Source: an uncultured delta proteobacterium
GTDB taxonomy: Bacteria > Myxococcota_A > Polyangia > Polyangiales > Polyangiaceae
Length of the DNA: 64,000 nucleotides
Direction of reading: 5' to 3'
NCBI GenBank assembly: GCA_963806225.1
Contig: CAWDXG010000004.1
Location: 4,864,001 to 4,928,000 of the forward strand
This document shows positions 62,501-64,000 of this stretch, in pieces. Below the pieces are notes generated by a model. The model saw nothing but the letters and a program-made list of their open reading frames with translations. It was not told where the DNA came from and searched no databases. Made by a program: the position numbers and the translations under genes. Numbering within the stretch: the first letter of the stretch is position 1; each line of letters starts with the position of its first letter.

Positions 62501-63456
62501 TCCGCCACGTTCGTAGCGGCGCGGAGCTGCCGGCGGTGTTCCAGCGCCTCGGCGCGCACCTGGAGAGCGAAAATGCGCTGGATACGCGCCTGCGCGTGCA
62601 GATGACCATCGATCTCGCGCTGATGCTCGGTTCGCAGAATCGCTACCGCGAGTCGCGCCGCCTGCTCGCCCTTGCCGTGGACGGCGCTGCCGCGTGGCCC
62701 GAGCTGTCGCGCGCCGCGCTCACTACCGAGGCCGAGGTGGCGATCCGCCAGGGTGAGTTCCGGGTCGCGCTCTCGGCGCTCACCAAGGCCGAGCAGCTCG
62801 GCAAGGGCGACGCACTGGAACAGCATCGACTGCTGGTCGGGATGGCCCAGGCGCTCGGAGGCGCCGGCGATCACGATCGCGCACTGTCCTATCTGGACGA
62901 GGCTGCCGGTCTGGCCCCGGAGGACGATCTGGCACTGGCCTGCGAGCGCCAGAAGGTACGATCGCTGATCCTGTACTTCCGCGGCGATTGGCGGAACGGA
63001 GCCAAGGCGTCGGAGGAGGCCGCCGAGCTCGGTCGCGCCGCGGGGCTGATGCACGAGATCGCCGTCAACCTGCACAACCAGGGCGACTCGCTGATGCGAC
63101 TCGGCGAGCTGCCGCGCGCCTACGCCACGCTCCAGGCCTCGCTGGCCGTGGCGGAGGAGATGGGCAGCGAGCGGCTGGTGAATCTCGACCGCCTGATGCT
63201 CGCCTATCTCGACGCAGTCAACGGCTCGGAGCCGGCCTTCGAGGTGCTGGGCGAGCGCCTGCTGTACGCGGAAACGCAGCGCTGGACCTGGGACGTGGCG
63301 AGCGGTCGCTACCTGCTCGGAAAGCTGCTGGCCCAGCGCGGCGACGGCGCGGGAGCCCGACGCGAGCTGGGCATCGCCCGGCAGATGGGCGAGTCGACCG
63401 ACAACAAGCTCGTTGTCGAGGACTGCGACCGCGAGCTCGCCGCACTCGACGGCTAG
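59548..63456 (+). CDS. Ser/Thr kinase (non-RD, divergent) - cyclase-like region - STAND/AAA ATPase - TPR protein (1302 aa)
   Basis: Kinase: HGDLGPHN, DFG, YASPE. NTPase: GRKQEL, GEHGVGKT, FAWDNAQEMD, GHPMF. TPR-like C-terminus. Confidence 0.9.
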   Translation: MTVALGGAAYGRYQLLEPIGRGSIAEVFKAKSFGVEGFEKTLVVKRIVPELAREPSFVDSFVGQAKLAVRLSHANVVQVFDLGRVDEPGGPSYFMAMEYVAGLDLATLLERVRQAEGAASAALSVFVASEIAKALDHAHRRRDEQMRPLGVVHGDLGPHNVLISWEGEVKVTDFGVAAALYHVDNNGSGDRLASKLPYASPEMLRGEKLTPRSDLFSFGALLYEVLAGRNPFEAPTPAETRRSVLEARFKPLDQVRDDLAPELVGMVHRSLSREPGQRFETAARLYEDLLAHLYASGARFGADDLAELVERFREPAAPASEAIDQLVRGELDSVAETPPRGTPSAVISAPPPPVEAEAVPSLRGLSDHKGQQEASALVVRFPGSVFVPSATRERARKILERYGARVQSDAGRELSAMFGLEQADARDTENAVRCGLVLARGLAAGAAQPSVGVDAGRLRVGADGTPEDDPRMRELVGSARRLAEGPAGRVAISETASRSLRGLFALESPGGGAAGYLVGEVRPVHDAFGRFVGRKQELRQLGELIAQASRRNLQVLGVVGEHGVGKTRFLYEMERRISRGSFNIACYIAPCPPRGHESPGSATVAMLRTLCGVREGDPPDRILAVLPRLRALGLREEEAQAVLAQLGAGPSNAAMGGDASLRATVARMFASLAEDRLHVFAWDNAQEMDAETAALLASIAERLPLARAALLLSARPQADATYREIPGYREIVLPDLEDDDVFRLVALRLGVEQVPEALLQFLKKRAGGHPMFLEELLHEAIESGAVVVKDGRVEALKLDGALAIPRPLRTLLGDRVRRLPEPERDLVIAASVVGAPADTSVLAAMLDAPLGTINALAESLEARELVRREGPVALDFPSPLLPEVVLSGLEPDVLVELHQEAANAYQVVLGERTEEEAGRIARHLAEAGQNDRAASFYATSGLFSLNARRLDHAVSDLSRALGLCDLEGRDAAELAEWVSALTRAVRHVRSGAELPAVFQRLGAHLESENALDTRLRVQMTIDLALMLGSQNRYRESRRLLALAVDGAAAWPELSRAALTTEAEVAIRQGEFRVALSALTKAEQLGKGDALEQHRLLVGMAQALGGAGDHDRALSYLDEAAGLAPEDDLALACERQKVRSLILYFRGDWRNGAKASEEAAELGRAAGLMHEIAVNLHNQGDSLMRLGELPRAYATLQASLAVAEEMGSERLVNLDRLMLAYLDAVNGSEPAFEVLGERLLYAETQRWTWDVASGRYLLGKLLAQRGDGAGARRELGIARQMGESTDNKLVVEDCDRELAALDG

Positions 63457-63524
63457 GCCAACGGTCGGGCGCTGTCGCGCGGGGGGGAAATCGGGCGAGG
63501 TTCGTGTCATCCTCCACGGCCGCG

Positions 63525-64000
63525 ATGTCACTCAAGGAACGCACGCGCCTCCGTTTGCAGACCGCCCGCTCGCTGGCCCGGCTGTTCTCCGACGGGCACC
63601 GCTTCGTGTCGTTCGGCAGCTGGAACGCCGCGCGCCTGCTCGAGCACAACGCGGACAAGTGGCCGCACAAGATGGCGCTTCTGTTCGAGGACGAGCGGTA
63701 CAGCTGGCGCGACGTGGACGAGCGCGCGAACCAATGGGCGGCGTTCTTCACCCGCGAAGGCATACGCCGCGGCGACGTGGTGTCGCTGGTGATGGACAAT
63801 CGTCCGGACTTCGTGTTCGCCGAGATGGGCCTCAGCAAGCTCCACGCGAGCTCCGCGCTGATCAACACGCACCTGGTCGGCAAGCCGCTGGTCCACGCGA
63901 TCAACGTTGCCGGTCCGCGGCTTTCGCTGGTCGGTTCGGAACACCTCGACAGTGTCGAGCCGGTGCTGGGCGATCTCCAGGTGCCGGGCGGCGTGATCGC
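63525..64000 (+). CDS. Long-chain acyl-CoA synthetase (FATP-like), 5' part; runs off the window
   Basis: Own translation: MSLKERT...ALLFEDERYSWRDVDERANQWA...GDVVSLVMDNRPDFV...ALINTHL; absent from the ORF track because there is no stop. Confidence 0.85.
   Translation, partial: MSLKERTRLRLQTARSLARLFSDGHRFVSFGSWNAARLLEHNADKWPHKMALLFEDERYSWRDVDERANQWAAFFTREGIRRGDVVSLVMDNRPDFVFAEMGLSKLHASSALINTHLVGKPLVHAINVAGPRLSLVGSEHLDSVEPVLGDLQVPGGVI

Overview
A very GC-rich chromosomal segment (about 70% by eye). Its gene content points to a myxobacterium (Myxococcota, probably Polyangiaceae-like): many Gly/Cys-rich lipoproteins, a MYXO-CTERM tail, a TIGR02266-type PilZ protein and four Ser/Thr kinases. About 45 genes are supportable. 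Housekeeping genes: folB, tatA, sdhCAB, tsaE, mlaE, nadA, mscS, thyX, asd, proC, dnaJ, uvrD/pcrA, grpE, dnaK and a partial acyl-CoA synthetase. No rRNA, tRNA, CRISPR array or mobile element was seen. Main observations: (1) three giant kinase-STAND NTPase-TPR (NLR-like) proteins, one translationally coupled to a patatin and one directly behind grpE-dnaK; (2) a 954-aa lipoprotein whose esterase fold appears circularly permuted; (3) a candidate ~56-nt single-hairpin sRNA with a C9 loop, its own promoter and a U-tail; (4) a perfect AT-rich 46-bp palindrome at the thyX 3' end, with related 17-bp sites upstream of the neighbouring gene; (5) a recurrent TAnnnT-N6-8-start pattern suggesting widespread leaderless transcription. 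Three reading-frame lesions (one in-frame TGA, two 1-nt frameshifts) may be sequencing errors. All family calls come from motif recognition, not database searches.
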